Position numbers and translations under genes: made by a program. The notes beneath the pieces are model-generated. The model had not been told where the DNA came from. It did not search any database and saw nothing but the letters and a program-made list of their open reading frames with translations. Shown piece after piece: positions 51,369 to 63,549 of a stretch of 64,000 nt of DNA (position 1 is its first letter; every line of letters begins with the position of its first letter). The stretch lies in the NCBI GenBank assembly GCA_003971905.1, contig RSEE01000058.1, positions 248,001 to 312,000 on the forward strand, given 5' to 3'. This stretch comes from Moniliella sp. 'wahieum'. Its lineage: Eukaryota.

Positions 51369-51704
51369 CTGCCGTGCGTCGCTCGTGCTGCACTGCACTG
51401 CCTCGACTGCGCCAGCCCGCCGAAAGAGACGGAATCAACAACATTTAGGCCTAGGGCCTATTCCATGGACTCGTGCTCTCTACGTAAGTGATTCCATAGC
51501 AAAGCCTCATCACGCAGTACGATAATCAAACAGAGAGATTGAAATGGTGCGTAGTGGAGCGCTCAGCGCCCAGTGAGGCCTGAGGCTCCGTAGAAGGGCG
51601 CGGAGAGGGGGAGTAAAGGAGTAAGGGAGTAAGGAGTAAGGGGGTAAGGGGGTACAAGAAACAAAAAAAAATACCAAGTACAGGAGGAGGAAGGAGGAGG
51701 AGGT

Positions 51705-54082
51705 TTAGCAAGAAGTCTGAGCCAAGCCGTCGAGGCCAAGCGCGACAGCGAGGATGACATTGGTAAATTCATCAGCGTGGGAAAACACGTCCATCAAGGG
51801 CGCGCCGTCGTTCATGTAAGTCCGAGCACGCAGTAAGTCACGGAGCGTCGGTAACCGATCTGCCGTTTCGGGCGGTTCACCCAATTGGACCAAAGCCTCT
51901 GTCGCGCGCGTGCGAGCGGCCATGTAGGCGCGACCCAATCAGTTTCCGTAGTCACATTGAACGTTTGGTCGTCTGCTGGCAAGCCCACGTCCAGGACCAA
52001 GTCCGATCCGGCCAGAGCGACCTGCAGACCCTCCACGCCTTCGCGGAGGCGTTGTAGAACAAGGAGGGTGTACGAGGCAAAGAGAATGCGTCGCATCGAC
52101 TCGAGCAAGCCCCAACCTTCAAAGCTCATTTCAGGTTGCGCGTTGCGTATCGGCATCTGGGCGCGTTGACGGTCCATGTCCCGGACGCGAATGGATAAAG
52201 ACGAAGCGAGCGTAGAGAGCGCATGCAAGCCCGTGTTGACCGCATGATCGTCGATCGATTCGGCCGCGACCGGCTCTTCAGTGAGGAGAGCCAGGACGAG
52301 GTAGAGCCACAAGGCGGCGGTGGAGGCAAACAAGTTCATGTCATCGCCCGCTGCGGTTTGGGGAGCGGAACGAATGAGGTTGTGCAATTCACGAGCAATG
52401 TTGACCCATACTGTGGGCAGGCTGGCCGGGAGACGCACAAGGTACCCGGCTAGCACGCTGCGGGCAATAGCGAGGCTCGCAGGGAGCGCAACGCGTACGC
52501 GCGCGAGCCAAGGTCGAAAGACAAAGGGGGGCACAGGGGAAGTGGGTTCGGGCAAGACCATGAGGGTGGGGTAGGTAATCAGCTGAGCTGCAGCTGCTCG
52601 TGCCAAGTTCTCAGGAAGGTCTTGCACATCTTGAATCCCATGTTGCCAGATGTGCCGAGCACGGCCGCGGTCTGGGCTTGCGGGTCGTCCATCTCCCCGC
52701 CGCCAGGCTGCGGGGGTTGCGGGGGTTGGGCAGGCTGGGCCGATGGGGTGGAAGTAGAGGTGGAGGTAACGACGAGTTGGGGAACAGACTTGGTACTGTT
52801 CTCGTTTTCGTTCTCGACCGTACGCGGGGGGATGTCTTGCTCTTGCGCCGGCTCCGTCGTATCGGTAGGTGGAAGAGGGTCCAGCGGAGGTTCCAATGCC
52901 GATGGGAGGGGGAAGGTGAATGCGGCGCCGAGAGACTCGCGAAGGGCCGAAAAGGGTCCGAGGCCCTGAATGGGCGAGGGAATAACGGGTTCAGCAAGCC
53001 AGCTTTGGGTGGCGTCCAACAAGGCACTGGGCACTTGCAACGCATTGCTGCGGGCGGAAAACGGCCTGGGGTCAAGCCCGTGCTGGTTGGTGGCAAGGCA
53101 CCTGAGCCCGTGACGATGGGGGCCAGCTTGGGGCGCGATCCGGATCCGCTGCGAACAGGGTAGGGGCGTCCGGACGACGGAGCAGGTGCCTCGACGGGCG
53201 GGAGGACGACCATGGGGGAAGGAGAGAGGATATGCGAGGCGGTAATAAGAGAATCCAGCTTGGGAGTTGCGCCATTCTGGTGGGCGGGCAAGGGCTGTGA
53301 GCGGACATGGTCGATGGCCATGCGCGTAGTAGGCGTCGTATCGGCGTCATCGGGCGCGTACCGTGCCGCGGGGGGGTACCAACTGTTGGACGGGGCCGAG
53401 CCCCAGGCGTACTCGCGCGCCGGTTCGGCCCAGTTCTGGACTGGGACTTGGGCAGGGGCAGGAACGGGAGCAGGGGCAGAGGGAGGCGCATGGACAGACG
53501 CAGGCAGCTCGGCTGGCGGTTCGGGCGAGTAGAAGGAGCTGGTGGAATGCGAGTCGTCGCTATCGTGGGTGCGGCGCGAGCGCGAGGCGTGGGTCGGCAC
53601 GTTGGAAAGCGCGCGGGCACGGCCAGGAGCAGGAGCAGGGCCCGAGGCGGGCGTTCTGCTTCCTCGTTCGCGGGCGGTGATCGCGTCGGCGCGCTTGGCG
53701 CCCATGGAGTTGCGCGCATACACCTGCGGGGAGAAGGTCAGGGGGAGGAGGAGGGGGAGGAGGCAAAAGGCGAGGGGCAAGGGGACGCACACATTGCTTG
53801 TTCTTCTTGCGGCAGCGGCTGCAGGGGAACTCGAGGTCGCAGCGGGCCTTGGAGCGGGAGCACTCGTTGCATGACTTTTGGCGCGGCAGGCGCGGGGCGG
53901 CGGCGGCGCGTTGCTCGCGGGCGAGATGGCGGCGCAGCAGGTCTTCGGCCCAAGGCCTTGCCGCAGTTGGGGCAGGGGAAGCCGGGGGTGGCGGCGGTGG
54001 CGGTGGCGGTGGGTGGCGGCACTGGCGGTGGTGGTGGTGGTGGTGGCCGCGGGGGGGGGCGGTCGGTGGCGAGCTCGGCCAT
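51705..54082 (-). CDS. Transcription factor with a degenerate C2H2-like finger plus Zn(II)2Cys6 cluster; intron 53724-53790; indels
   Basis: FPCPNCGKA...EDLLRRHLARE followed by SCNECSRSKARCDLEFPCSRCRKKNKQC|VY; C-terminal helical domain (WGLLESMRR). Intron GTGCGT...CCTGAC...CAG. Confidence 0.88.
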
Positions 54083-54283
54083 GGGGGCGATGGCGATGGC
54101 GATGGCGATGGCGATGGCGGCGGGGGCCGTGGGGATGGCGAGGCGGGCGCCGAGAGAATACAGTAACCCAACCAGCCGAGCCAGCGCGCTGAGGTAAGCA
54201 CCCTGCCCCCCCGCACGCCGCTCTCCGCCGCGCGCCCAGCACCGCGGGGGTCCGACGCTGTGTTGCGGCTGCCTACTAACATT

Positions 54284-56930
54284 TCATTTCGACTTGTCGA
54301 GGCGGTTGCGCGACCAGCTGAGGCGCTGGCGCAGCACGCCGTCGAGGATCAGCTCGGCGTTCCACACCGCCACGCCGGTCCATGCGCCCCACGCCTTGGC
54401 GTCCTCCGCCGACGACACCACGTGGTGCGTCGCCGCCGCCGCCCGCACCGCCGCTGCCGCCGCGTCCATCGCTACTCCGCTCGGCGCCTGCCCCCCGCCG
54501 CCCTTACGATCGCCCGCAGGATCCGCGCGCGCGGCCGCACACGCGGGGTAAAGTAGAACGTGTGTCCGGCCAGCACGCCGCGCCGGCCGCCCGCCGCGCC
54601 GCCAGAACCGCCGCCAGCTTCAGCCCCCGCTCCCGCTCGCCCACCCGGTCGCGCAGCGGGTAGGACGCGGGCGGGAGCACGCGGTGGGTTTGCGCACTGA
54701 GCACGGCCCAGTCGGGCGTAACAATGTGCATCCCGCGCGCAATCGCACACAGCATCTTTTCCGTCCGCGTCAGCGTAGCCGCCACCAACACACTCGTCTT
54801 TTCCGACACGGCTGCCGCACGGTGCCAGCCCAGCTGGACCAGCGTCTCTTCCTGCATCGGTGTCAGGTCGAGCCCGGTGGTGACATAGTGCTGCGCCTCG
54901 GTTGGCGCGCTCATCCGCGTACGCATCCCTGGCGACCCTATCTCAGCTTGCCATCGCGCCGTCCGCTGCGGCGTGGTGCCCAGTACGCTCATCACACTAC
55001 ACTGACGTCTCCACCGTGCGGTTGAGGGGAGAGCGCGCGCCTGGTCCCCTTCCAACTCACATGAATGGGAGGAACGATGGCGCGTCCGCTTGCGCGTCGT
55101 TGGATCCGAGGCGCTGCTTGTGCTGCTTTCCGCCTGTCGCTTCGGGAGGCGGACGAGAACGAGACTGGGAGCCAGAACGGGTGCGAGACCGGGATCCAGA
55201 CCAGGGGTGGGAGCTTATTCTACGCCATCGGTTCTCAGACTTGGTATTCCCAGTTTGGTCGAGCGAGTCGTGTGCCTGCTGCACGCACTGCCCCACGGCG
55301 GGCGGGAGGGCGGTCCTCCGACGCGCTGGACGGTCGCCGGCGCTGGAGGGGGAGCAAAGTGCTCGAACTTGGGTAGGGCGTGAGTCTGCACGCATCGTTC
55401 AGCCATTCATACGTGACGACCGGTACGCCCCACTCGTGGGCATGAGCGACCTTGGGTCCCTGTGTACTGGCCGACACCAGCAACGCGTTTTCCCTCGTCA
55501 GTTCCGGGGTCCAATGTGCGTGGGCGAGACGGACAAGCGTCTTGAGGTACTGCCGCATGGGTCCTGTGTACCCACTAAAGCTGATAGGCGATGGCATCTG
55601 GTCCACTGCGCTCAAAGCGGGGGGGAAGTGGAGGATGCTTTGTTGAGCTCAGTGGGGTGGAGAAAGCTGGCGTCCCAGAGCCAGAGGAAAGTGGCGATCC
55701 GTTTGGATTGATGCAAGGCCGCGAGAGCGGTAGGGCTATCGCGCGTCTGGCAAATCACCACGTCTGCCTGGTCCACGGCATGGGGCGAAGGGGGTACCCC
55801 ATACCCCGCCTTGCGCCTGCACGTGGTGTGCCACCATCGCGATCACACGGGGAGAAAGCGCGTTGGCCTCAGCGACGAGGATCCTGAGCCCGGCCAAGCA
55901 GGGCCGGTTCCAATTGATCTCCCTCCTGCCCTTGGGTGGCGGGAGAAAGCGCCGGTCCACGTCTGAATCGGATTGGGGGGGGGGAAGAGAGTAAGGGGTG
56001 CAATGCAACTATCTTCATACGCGAGGGAAGCTGGTCCTTCCCCCCCTTCGAGACCATCGGAACAGCTTGGAGTCAGCGAGCCGGTGGGACTTGACAGACG
56101 CGTACACCCGCCGGATGGACATGCTCGATTCTCGCTTGCATCGAGTCGGACTGGCACAGCGCCTTGAGCTTGCCTGACTCGAGCGTTGGGCTGAGCAGAT
56201 GGTAACTTCCTTGGTGAGAGACGTGCGATACGTGCCGCCCAGCGCGTGACCAACGAGATCACCAGTTCGCTCTCCACCCCGTCCATGTGACTCAGGTGCA
56301 CAACCACACCCGCTAAAGATGCGATCTGGGTCAGGGGAGAAGTAGCGCTCGGGTTGGCGGGTGCCTAGTGCGTCGGAGCGGTACACCCACATCGGCTGCG
56401 TTTCCTATTAGTACTTGGGACTTTCTCGCACGCAAGCCGCAAGCGCGGGGGAGCAGGAGAGTGGACAGGGGAGGGGACGTACAGAACCAGAGTAGCCTCC
56501 TGAAGGTTGTGTATGGCCACTACTCCATCTGCTTGAGGGTGGCAACAAGCCTCGTACTCGGGTATGTCCAGCGAGGAGGTCGCGACATGAGTCACGAGGG
56601 TAGGGTCGAAGCGCCAGGTAGCCAGCACCCTCTCTCCGCGCGTTTCCTCCACCAGGGACAGGAACCCACTCACGAGCGCCACCGCGGTTGAGGATGCTGC
56701 GCAACTGGATCGGAGTCAGGACAGGGCCAGAATGGAAGCGTGTGTTGGGGGGGGGCTTACCTTGTCATGCTCCGGGGCAAGGTCAGGGTCGAGAAAGTAG
56801 ATGAAGGGGTGAAAGTCAGGGCCGGCCGGGGCGGCGGGGGCGGCGGGGGCGGACGCGTGTCGTGCAGGAGGGGGACGGGGTCGGTGGAGTCGGGGTCGGG
56901 GTCGGCGGGGGGCTTTTTGCGGTCCGGCAT
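54284..56930 (-). CDS. RTT107: Multi-BRCT DNA-damage scaffold Rtt107/Brc1; intron 56705-56760; indels
   Basis: WVYRS...QPERYFSPDPDRIFSG; ISFSGYTGPMRQYLKTLV; AHEWGVPVVTYEWLND; LTRTEKMLCAIA...IVTPDW; VWNAELILDGVLRQ. Confidence 0.88.
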
Positions 56931-57336
56931 GGCGCTGCTGACGGTGCCGGTCGGGATGGGGATGGGATGGTGGTGAACGTGTGCCTACCCGCGCTTGGCA
57001 GACACGGAGCACGCTGGAAGAACGCGCCCCCAGCGCGAAAAGCTGATCCCTGGACGCGAAGCGATCCACCCGAATGGGCAGCATCACCAGGCGATCGATG
57101 ATCCGTCGATGATCAACATGATCAACCCTATGGCCGAAGGCCTAATGGCACCTACTTTACCTACTACTGGGATACAATTTCCTTTGCCTTGATCGATCAT
57201 CGCCAGACCAACCACCACCCATCCTCCCTCGCATTCGTGCCTCCACGCACTGCCACCATCGGCGCTGCGCACCTCAACGCCCGCGCACAGGCGGCGTGAG
57301 CATGTGCAGGCCGAACCGCTGCCCGCCGTCGGGCGC

Positions 57337-59235
57337 TCAGGCGGTGGAAAGCGGCTTGTTACGGAGCCAGTGGGAGAAGAGGTCCAGCGCGGCTTGGGGC
57401 GCATCAACGGGACCATGTGACCTGCGTTCCATACATTGACATAGGCCAAATCGCCAAACGCCTTAGACCCCTCTTGTGGCTTGCGGCGCGTACCGTGCCC
57501 ACTGACTTTCCTCCCACTTGCCACTCCTTCTCGTCGTTGCGCGCATACTCTTCCTGCAGCACCGAGGGCAAGTTGACTACCCACCGTTCGTTCCCAATTG
57601 CCGAGCACATCGCGTCGGTCACGCCGGCATAGATCAACACCCGCACCCCATCCTCCACTAGTGGCAGTAACAGTTCGGACGCATCGTGCATACTGTCCCC
57701 GTGCAGGAGGAAGGCACCATTGACCTTCGTGTTGCAGCTCTGGAACTCGACCGAGTCCGGCACGCCGAGCGATGCCTGACGCCCGGGAGGTTGAGGTAGG
57801 ACTGCACGTACTCCATTTCCTTGTAACACAGTGGGCCATCCTTTTCGGGTGAGCGATCGCACGAGCGCCGGACATCGTACAGGTTCAGTCCTGTCTGCTG
57901 CATGGGCGAGTAGAGTCCAGCCCAACAGACCAACGCCGCTGGCGTGCAAATCAACGGCGAGTCGTACTTGTAGCACTGTTGGATCAGCATGGCACAACGT
58001 TCCGCCTTGTGGCCAAGTCGGAACAGGTCTCGCTGTCAGGATCAAACATGCGGTACTTTGTCTGCTCCACAGGCAAAGTCCACCACCGCAGGGAACTGAA
58101 TCGCCGGTGCCGTCAACCCGTTACCAATGATTACGCTCTCGAGCTTGATGAGCAGCGGCTGGGGTGTAGTCGTAGTCACCGAAGTGGCCGCATCCAACTC
58201 TTGGTTCTTTTTCCAAATGTAGTTGCTAAAGTGGGGGGCGTAGATCCCACCGTACGACTCGGCGGCGATACTAAAGTCCAGCGTGGCGTAGTGAGGGAAC
58301 TTGGCAAGAAGAGCTGGAGGAACGCGTACACGTCCACCGCCGCCTCGGGAGTATTGTTAATCACACCCGGCTCGTCACTGTACGAATAGCCCACACCCGT
58401 TGCCGGTTGGTCGAGGAAGATCATGTTGGCCACATTGGTCCAGGAGTGGGGGTTGTCCTCCACCCCTGTCGCGTTAGCAATCCGGCAAGGCCCCAATTCA
58501 AATAACAGTCCAGTCGAACTGGAACAGCCAGGACCCCCGTTTAGCCATAGCTGTGGGAGGAGAGTATGAGAGTTAGCTTGATGTTTGTCTCATCTGTCCA
58601 GAAACGCAGATCTAAGTAGACGTACCACCAGTGGGTCCGATCCAGGCTTTCCACGCGACTCGAAAAAATAAACCAGAGATGACGATTTCCGAGATATCAA
58701 GGTAGCCCGAGACGGACTTGACGTTGGGGTCGCAAAAGGCGCCACTGCCCTTGCGTGCAGCACGGCCTCCTTGGTCGCGTCGGGGAGGTTGTTGATGCCG
58801 TTCGAGTCGGTCGTGATGCGCAAAGCGTAGTCTGGAAAGCGGGTGGAGGATTTGGTTGTACACCACATTGCCTACCTGCGTCTTGCCCTGGACAATGAAC
58901 CCCGAAGCGACACGCTGGGCCTGGCCCAACTTCGAGGCCATCGTGAGCCAGTTCTTCTTGGCCGAGGCGGACTGCATCGTGGAGCGTGCATCTGCCCAAT
59001 CCGAGCCATCATCTCAGCGAACTCTTCTGCCTGCTGAGCCGGGTGGGAAAAGTCGGGCCGGCCAAGGCTGGGAGGCGGTGGCGAACCCGGACTGAAAGGC
59101 AGAGGAGCCAACGGCGGGACGGCGTCAGGTCCCAGACCATGTTGCCCAGCGCATCGAGTTCGATCTGGCGGTTGTGCAGGGGCGACGCAGAACCAGGGCC
59201 GCACAGACCAGCACGACGAGCTGAGACGCGAGCAT
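57337..59235 (-). CDS. PRC1: Serine carboxypeptidase S10 (carboxypeptidase Y-like); intron 58551-58625; indels
   Basis: Signal peptide; FCDPNVKSVSGYLD; FFESR; LWLNGGPGCSSSTGLLFELGPC; FLDQP; AAESYGG (Ser); YAGVTDAMC (Asp); NAGHMVP (His). TATATA about 95 bp upstream. Confidence 0.93.
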
Positions 59236-59737
59236 CGTAGGGACGGAGAGGCGGAGGGGGGATGGAGAGGACGGGGTGGAGAGGACGGGGGATGGCGAGG
59301 ACGGGGGCTGCGCTGCCTGGGCAACCAATATATACGCTGCCGATTGTAGCGCCCTGGCCGGTTCGGTGGCGGGCTGAGCCTCAGCCGTCACATGTCACAT
59401 GTCAGGCCGACGCCCTGACGGTGGGGGAGGCATAGGACCAGTGTGCGGGTTGGGGTGCACGATGGTGCACGGACGACAACCCTAGTCCCCTGCATGCTAT
59501 GCTATCTAGATCACACCAGCTACCGCCTAGATCACCTATCGACTTCCGACGATTGCGATCATAAGTTTTCCACTGCCGCCCGCTCAATATCAATATCAAG
59601 CGATCAAAAAGTGATCCATTGAATCCGCACTACCGGTTCCCAGCCCTTCAACAGACCTCGGGCAGGAGCGTTCGCTATGCGGATTCCTTTTTTTTGCCCG
59701 GGGGAGAAGGGTGGGAGTGGGGGGTGAAGATGAACCT

Positions 59738-59797
59738 GATGAAGTCGATGGAGGCTTTTCACAGATGAAGTCGATGAAGGCTTTCACAAGATGGAGG
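59738..59797 (+). repeat. About 26-bp imperfect tandem repeat (2.3 copies)
   Basis: GATGAAGTCGATGGAGGCTTTTCACA / GATGAAGTCGATGAAGGCTTTCACAA / GATGGAGG. Confidence 0.85.
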
Positions 59798-60099
59798 TAC
59801 CAATAAGTGTGGTGGACAAAAAAGGGATCCATAGTGGCAAAAGAGACACAAAGAAGAAAAGCAAAGGGGTGGTCGAAACCGAAAACCCATTTATCGAGCG
59901 CACCATAACACTACACGCTTTTGAGGGTGTGTGTAGGCGCGGACGCAGTAAGGAGAGCCAATGTAAGTCTTTTTGTATATAGTGCGCGGAAAGTGCACCC
60001 TGCCCCCTCTCTCAAACTCCCGCCGCCATGAGGCAATGAGCCATCAAAAGGCCGAAGAGACACCCAAAGGAGGACCCGGGTGGGGCACATCTGTGCCAC

Positions 60100-60393
60100 T
60101 CACGCCTCTTCTTCAAGAGTGGAAAGAGTAACGACCTTGCGAGCCGTAAAGCTCTTGACTGATCCCACATCAAAAGGGGTAGAGAGTTTGGCATCGGGCA
60201 GCGTCTTGGTCGCGGACGGCGGCGGGGCATGGGTCGGCGTCGGGGTCTGGGCCGTTGCCTGAGCGGGGGGAAGGGGCCGGAGGCGTAGACCTGCTGACGA
60301 CGGGGTGACAGTCCGAGCCACAGCAGTGGCCACTGGTGCACGGAGCGTGGCACGGCCCGTGTACTGGCTCAACATGGCAAGGCTGGTGAACAT
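60100..60393 (-). CDS. First exon (or whole ORF) of a small unknown protein with a mitochondrial-presequence-like N-terminus
   Basis: MFTSLAMLSQYTGRATLRAPVATAVAR..., Arg-rich and acid-free for about 60 aa; TATATAA about 95 bp upstream; stop overlaps a GTGAGT donor at 60103. Confidence 0.4.
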   Translation of the reverse strand: MFTSLAMLSQYTGRATLRAPVATAVARTVTPSSAGLRLRPLPPAQATAQTPTPTHAPPPSATKTLPDAKLSTPFDVGSVKSFTARKVVTLSTLEEEA

Positions 60394-61239
60394 CTTGTAA
60401 CCGTAATGTGGCGGAGAGGAGAGATGGGAAGGACGATGGCGGGACGAGAGATCTGGGCGTTTTCTCTTAGTGATTGTAAACCGGCAGCTTATATATGGGC
60501 GCTCTGGTTCTCTGGGTCTCTCTCTCTTCGAGGGCAGAGTGCTGTTGCTACACATATGCAAGGGGGACGGGTGGCGCAGGCCACACCCATCCCCAACGCT
60601 TCGTGTATGAATTGGAGCTTGAGGGATGGAAGGGGCGCCCCAAAACTCATAGAATGGGTGGGACTGCGGGGGGGGTTAAGTGGAGCTGCGCTGCATGGGG
60701 GTGGTAAGCGCACACAGACGTGGGGCCGTGGGTTGCTATAGCAAAACACTGGATTATAGCCGAGCTCACAAAATAAAACGGAAAAGGACTGCGATCTGGG
60801 ATGCTAACACAAGCGATTTGCGTGTGGACATGTGGACCCTCTTCAATTGCTTCTCGGCTGTCGGGCCGCAGCGGTTGCGGCGCACAGTCCGAGCGGCCGG
60901 CGATGCGCTGGTGTCTGTTAGTATCGTATTGAATGGCAGCGGTGGGGCAGCCAGGCCCCAAAGAGCTTTTGAGTACAGCGTGCACAAAACAAATCGCTCA
61001 CACCTCAGTCGGTCGGTCATCTGTTGCGTATACAAAAGAGAGGGAACAAGGTACTGTCATTGGCAACATTGGTCAATCTGTTCGCAGGCAGGTAAAACAA
61101 CGAGGAGAGCGCGCGCGCCCAAAGCAGCGCTGCAGGTGGTATCAGTGACGGGCCGGGTTTTTGTGGGGGAGGGGTTTTTGGTAGATGCAAGAAGAGGAAA
61201 AGACGCAGAGGGGGATGAAGGGGAAGGAGGGGGGATGCG

Positions 61240-63251
61240 TCAGGTGGCCACATATGTGCCTGCCTCCGAAGAGCGTGTGGTGGGTAAGGTCAGCGTACGG
61301 GTTCCCTCTACAAGTGAGAGGCCCACTTGGGACGAGGTAAAGGGCGTGGTCCAGGAAGCCGTGAGGGTTGTGGGGAAGACGTGCCAAACCAGCGGCAGCG
61401 CAATTTGGTTTCCCCCTGTGGCAGCGTCCAGCGAGCTGTGCGGGTGGAAGGAGCCCACTGACCGGGGGAGGGATTGCATGCTGTCCACGGTTCCCGGGGC
61501 GAGGATGGTCTGAAGGACCAAGTCCTGTAGCGGCTTGTGGACCTGATATTCGACCAGCAGGTCTAGGTGGCCCTTCCCCTCCCTCCAATGCGGCGCGAGA
61601 GTGACCGGGACATGGTCCGCCGTCTTGTTTGCTGGATCCACTTGGACTTGGCACTTGGCCAACACGCATCTACCCGAACCAATAAGTCCAGCAAGGGTCA
61701 GAACATATTCTCCCTCCTTTGCGTTTGGCTGAAAGAAAGCTGGGTTCAATGAGAACCGATCTAGCCCAGCGGCATTTTCGAGGCGGACGGTAACCGGTCA
61801 GCTACCATCAACGCAGGGTCCAGCTCAGCTAGCATCTCCCCCACAACCAACAGACGATTGACCTCCCCGCCCACAAAGTAAGCGTTGACTTCTCTTTGAC
61901 TTGGAGGTTGAGCCCCCCCGATGTCAGGAGGGAAATATTCAGAGGCGGGGCGTGGAACGGGTTGTCCCGCCCCAAGCGGGGGGACGAACGACGGTGTGGG
62001 TTGCTGCGGCTCGAGGGGGCCAAAGTACCACGAATCGACTCAAGTGCCGCCTCGTCTGATGCAGGTGAAATGGGGGTTGAAGGGATTGGTTCAGAAAGAT
62101 GGTATGAATGGCTATTTCCCATACGGGCATGCCTACTTCCACCCTCATTACCATCTCGCGAAACTGCGAGCCTAGTGTCTGGAGACTGGGGCGGGGAGGA
62201 GAAGCGAATGGTCGACCCCCTCGTCGGATCGGATGGAGGTGGGTCATGTACCCGATCTTGACAGGCCAGAACCTTCCCCCAAGACGGAGGGGAAGGTGGG
62301 CATGTCCCCCGAACTCCGACGAGAAAAAAACTTGCTAGCTCGTTTACCCGCAAGCATGGTACGTCCACGACGAATCCGGCTGGTTGGCTCTTCGGTTTCG
62401 GGCGAGTGCCTCCTGGAACCCGGGGAGGCGGTGGTGCGTCCTTATGTCGCCACCCGAGCTTGGTCAACGCACCTCGGATTCCAGTCTTCTCCGGGAGACT
62501 AGGTGCAGACGAGCTGCGCTGGTCGCGCGAAACGTGACCGCGTGCTAATTCAAGGCTTTTGTAAGTGGGCGCTGGGCCGCTTCCTGAAAGCCGGAGCGAG
62601 GGGCAGGACGACGGTGCCTCCCGCTTGCTTGGACAAAGGCGAGCAGCTCCTTCTGTACATCAAAGGCGAGCGAGGCTTGGAGAGCTAGGTCGGCTGCACC
62701 TGCCAGCTGGGTACTGGTGTCAGATGCGCCCGTCTCAAAGCGAGTCACGACATCCTTGATGAGGGTGAGGCGTTGCTGGTCGGCTTGTTGGGCAAGGCCA
62801 AAGGCCGGCATCGCCTCCTCCCGCCAACGATCTGGGTCGGTGTCGGCCAAAGGAAGTGCCTGCCGGAGCCTGGCTTGGATGGCAGGGACCTGGGCCCATG
62901 AGCTGTTGGACGGAGCGTTACGAAGAAGCTGAACACAGTGTTCGACCGTTTGCTCACGGGCACGGTGGATTTGGACCAAGGCATCCACCTCGCTCATCAG
63001 AGCGTCGAGGATGGACGGACGTCGTCTGGGACGATATGGTCGTGGCTAAAGAAGGGGCGCTGGGCCAGCTTGGAGAGGGCGCGTGCATGATCCGCGTCGA
63101 TTGCACGACGAGCTGAAAAGTACTCGGCTAGCTCGTCCGTCAGGGTGGCAGCTTGGCGGAAGCGCTGCTCCAGCCGCTGGATGGCGTCGGCAGGGTCGGA
63201 GGACAAGAGGGCCTGGGCATAGGCTTGGGGCGACAGGTCGGCGCTCTTCAT
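61240..63251 (-). CDS. SYP1: Syp1/FCHo muniscin (F-BAR + mu-homology domain); indels
   Basis: N-terminal RFRQAATLTDELAEYFSARRAIDADHARALSKLA (F-BAR); C-terminal GLNLQVKE-VNAYFVGGEV..VVGE, AKCQV, PVTLAPHWR, AGTYVAT* (muHD). Confidence 0.87.
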
Positions 63252-63549
63252 GAGAAGGACACACAGGTCGATGTGGTTGATGAGGGGAGGCAGAAGAAGG
63301 GAGACGAGTGGAGGGACTACGACAAAAGCACTAACGATCCCCACAGAAAAGATGTTTGTCGGTGGATGTTGAGTACGTTGAACGTTTTGATGGCCAGTAG
63401 GCCCCTGGATGTGGCTGAGCTGCAGTGCTGTGGACCAACTGAGCTGAGCAAAGAAACTCCACCAGAAGAGATCGATGAGTGCTCAGCCTGTGCTCAGCTG
63501 TGACGCGCTGATGTGAGAGGCGCAGCTCAGCCTTCCTGAGTGCTTGAGC

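Noticed and set aside
1661..63251. Mass pseudogenisation or programmed frameshifting
   Set aside because: Essential genes keep all catalytic motifs, and I saw no shared slippery motif at the breaks; consensus indel error is the simpler explanation.
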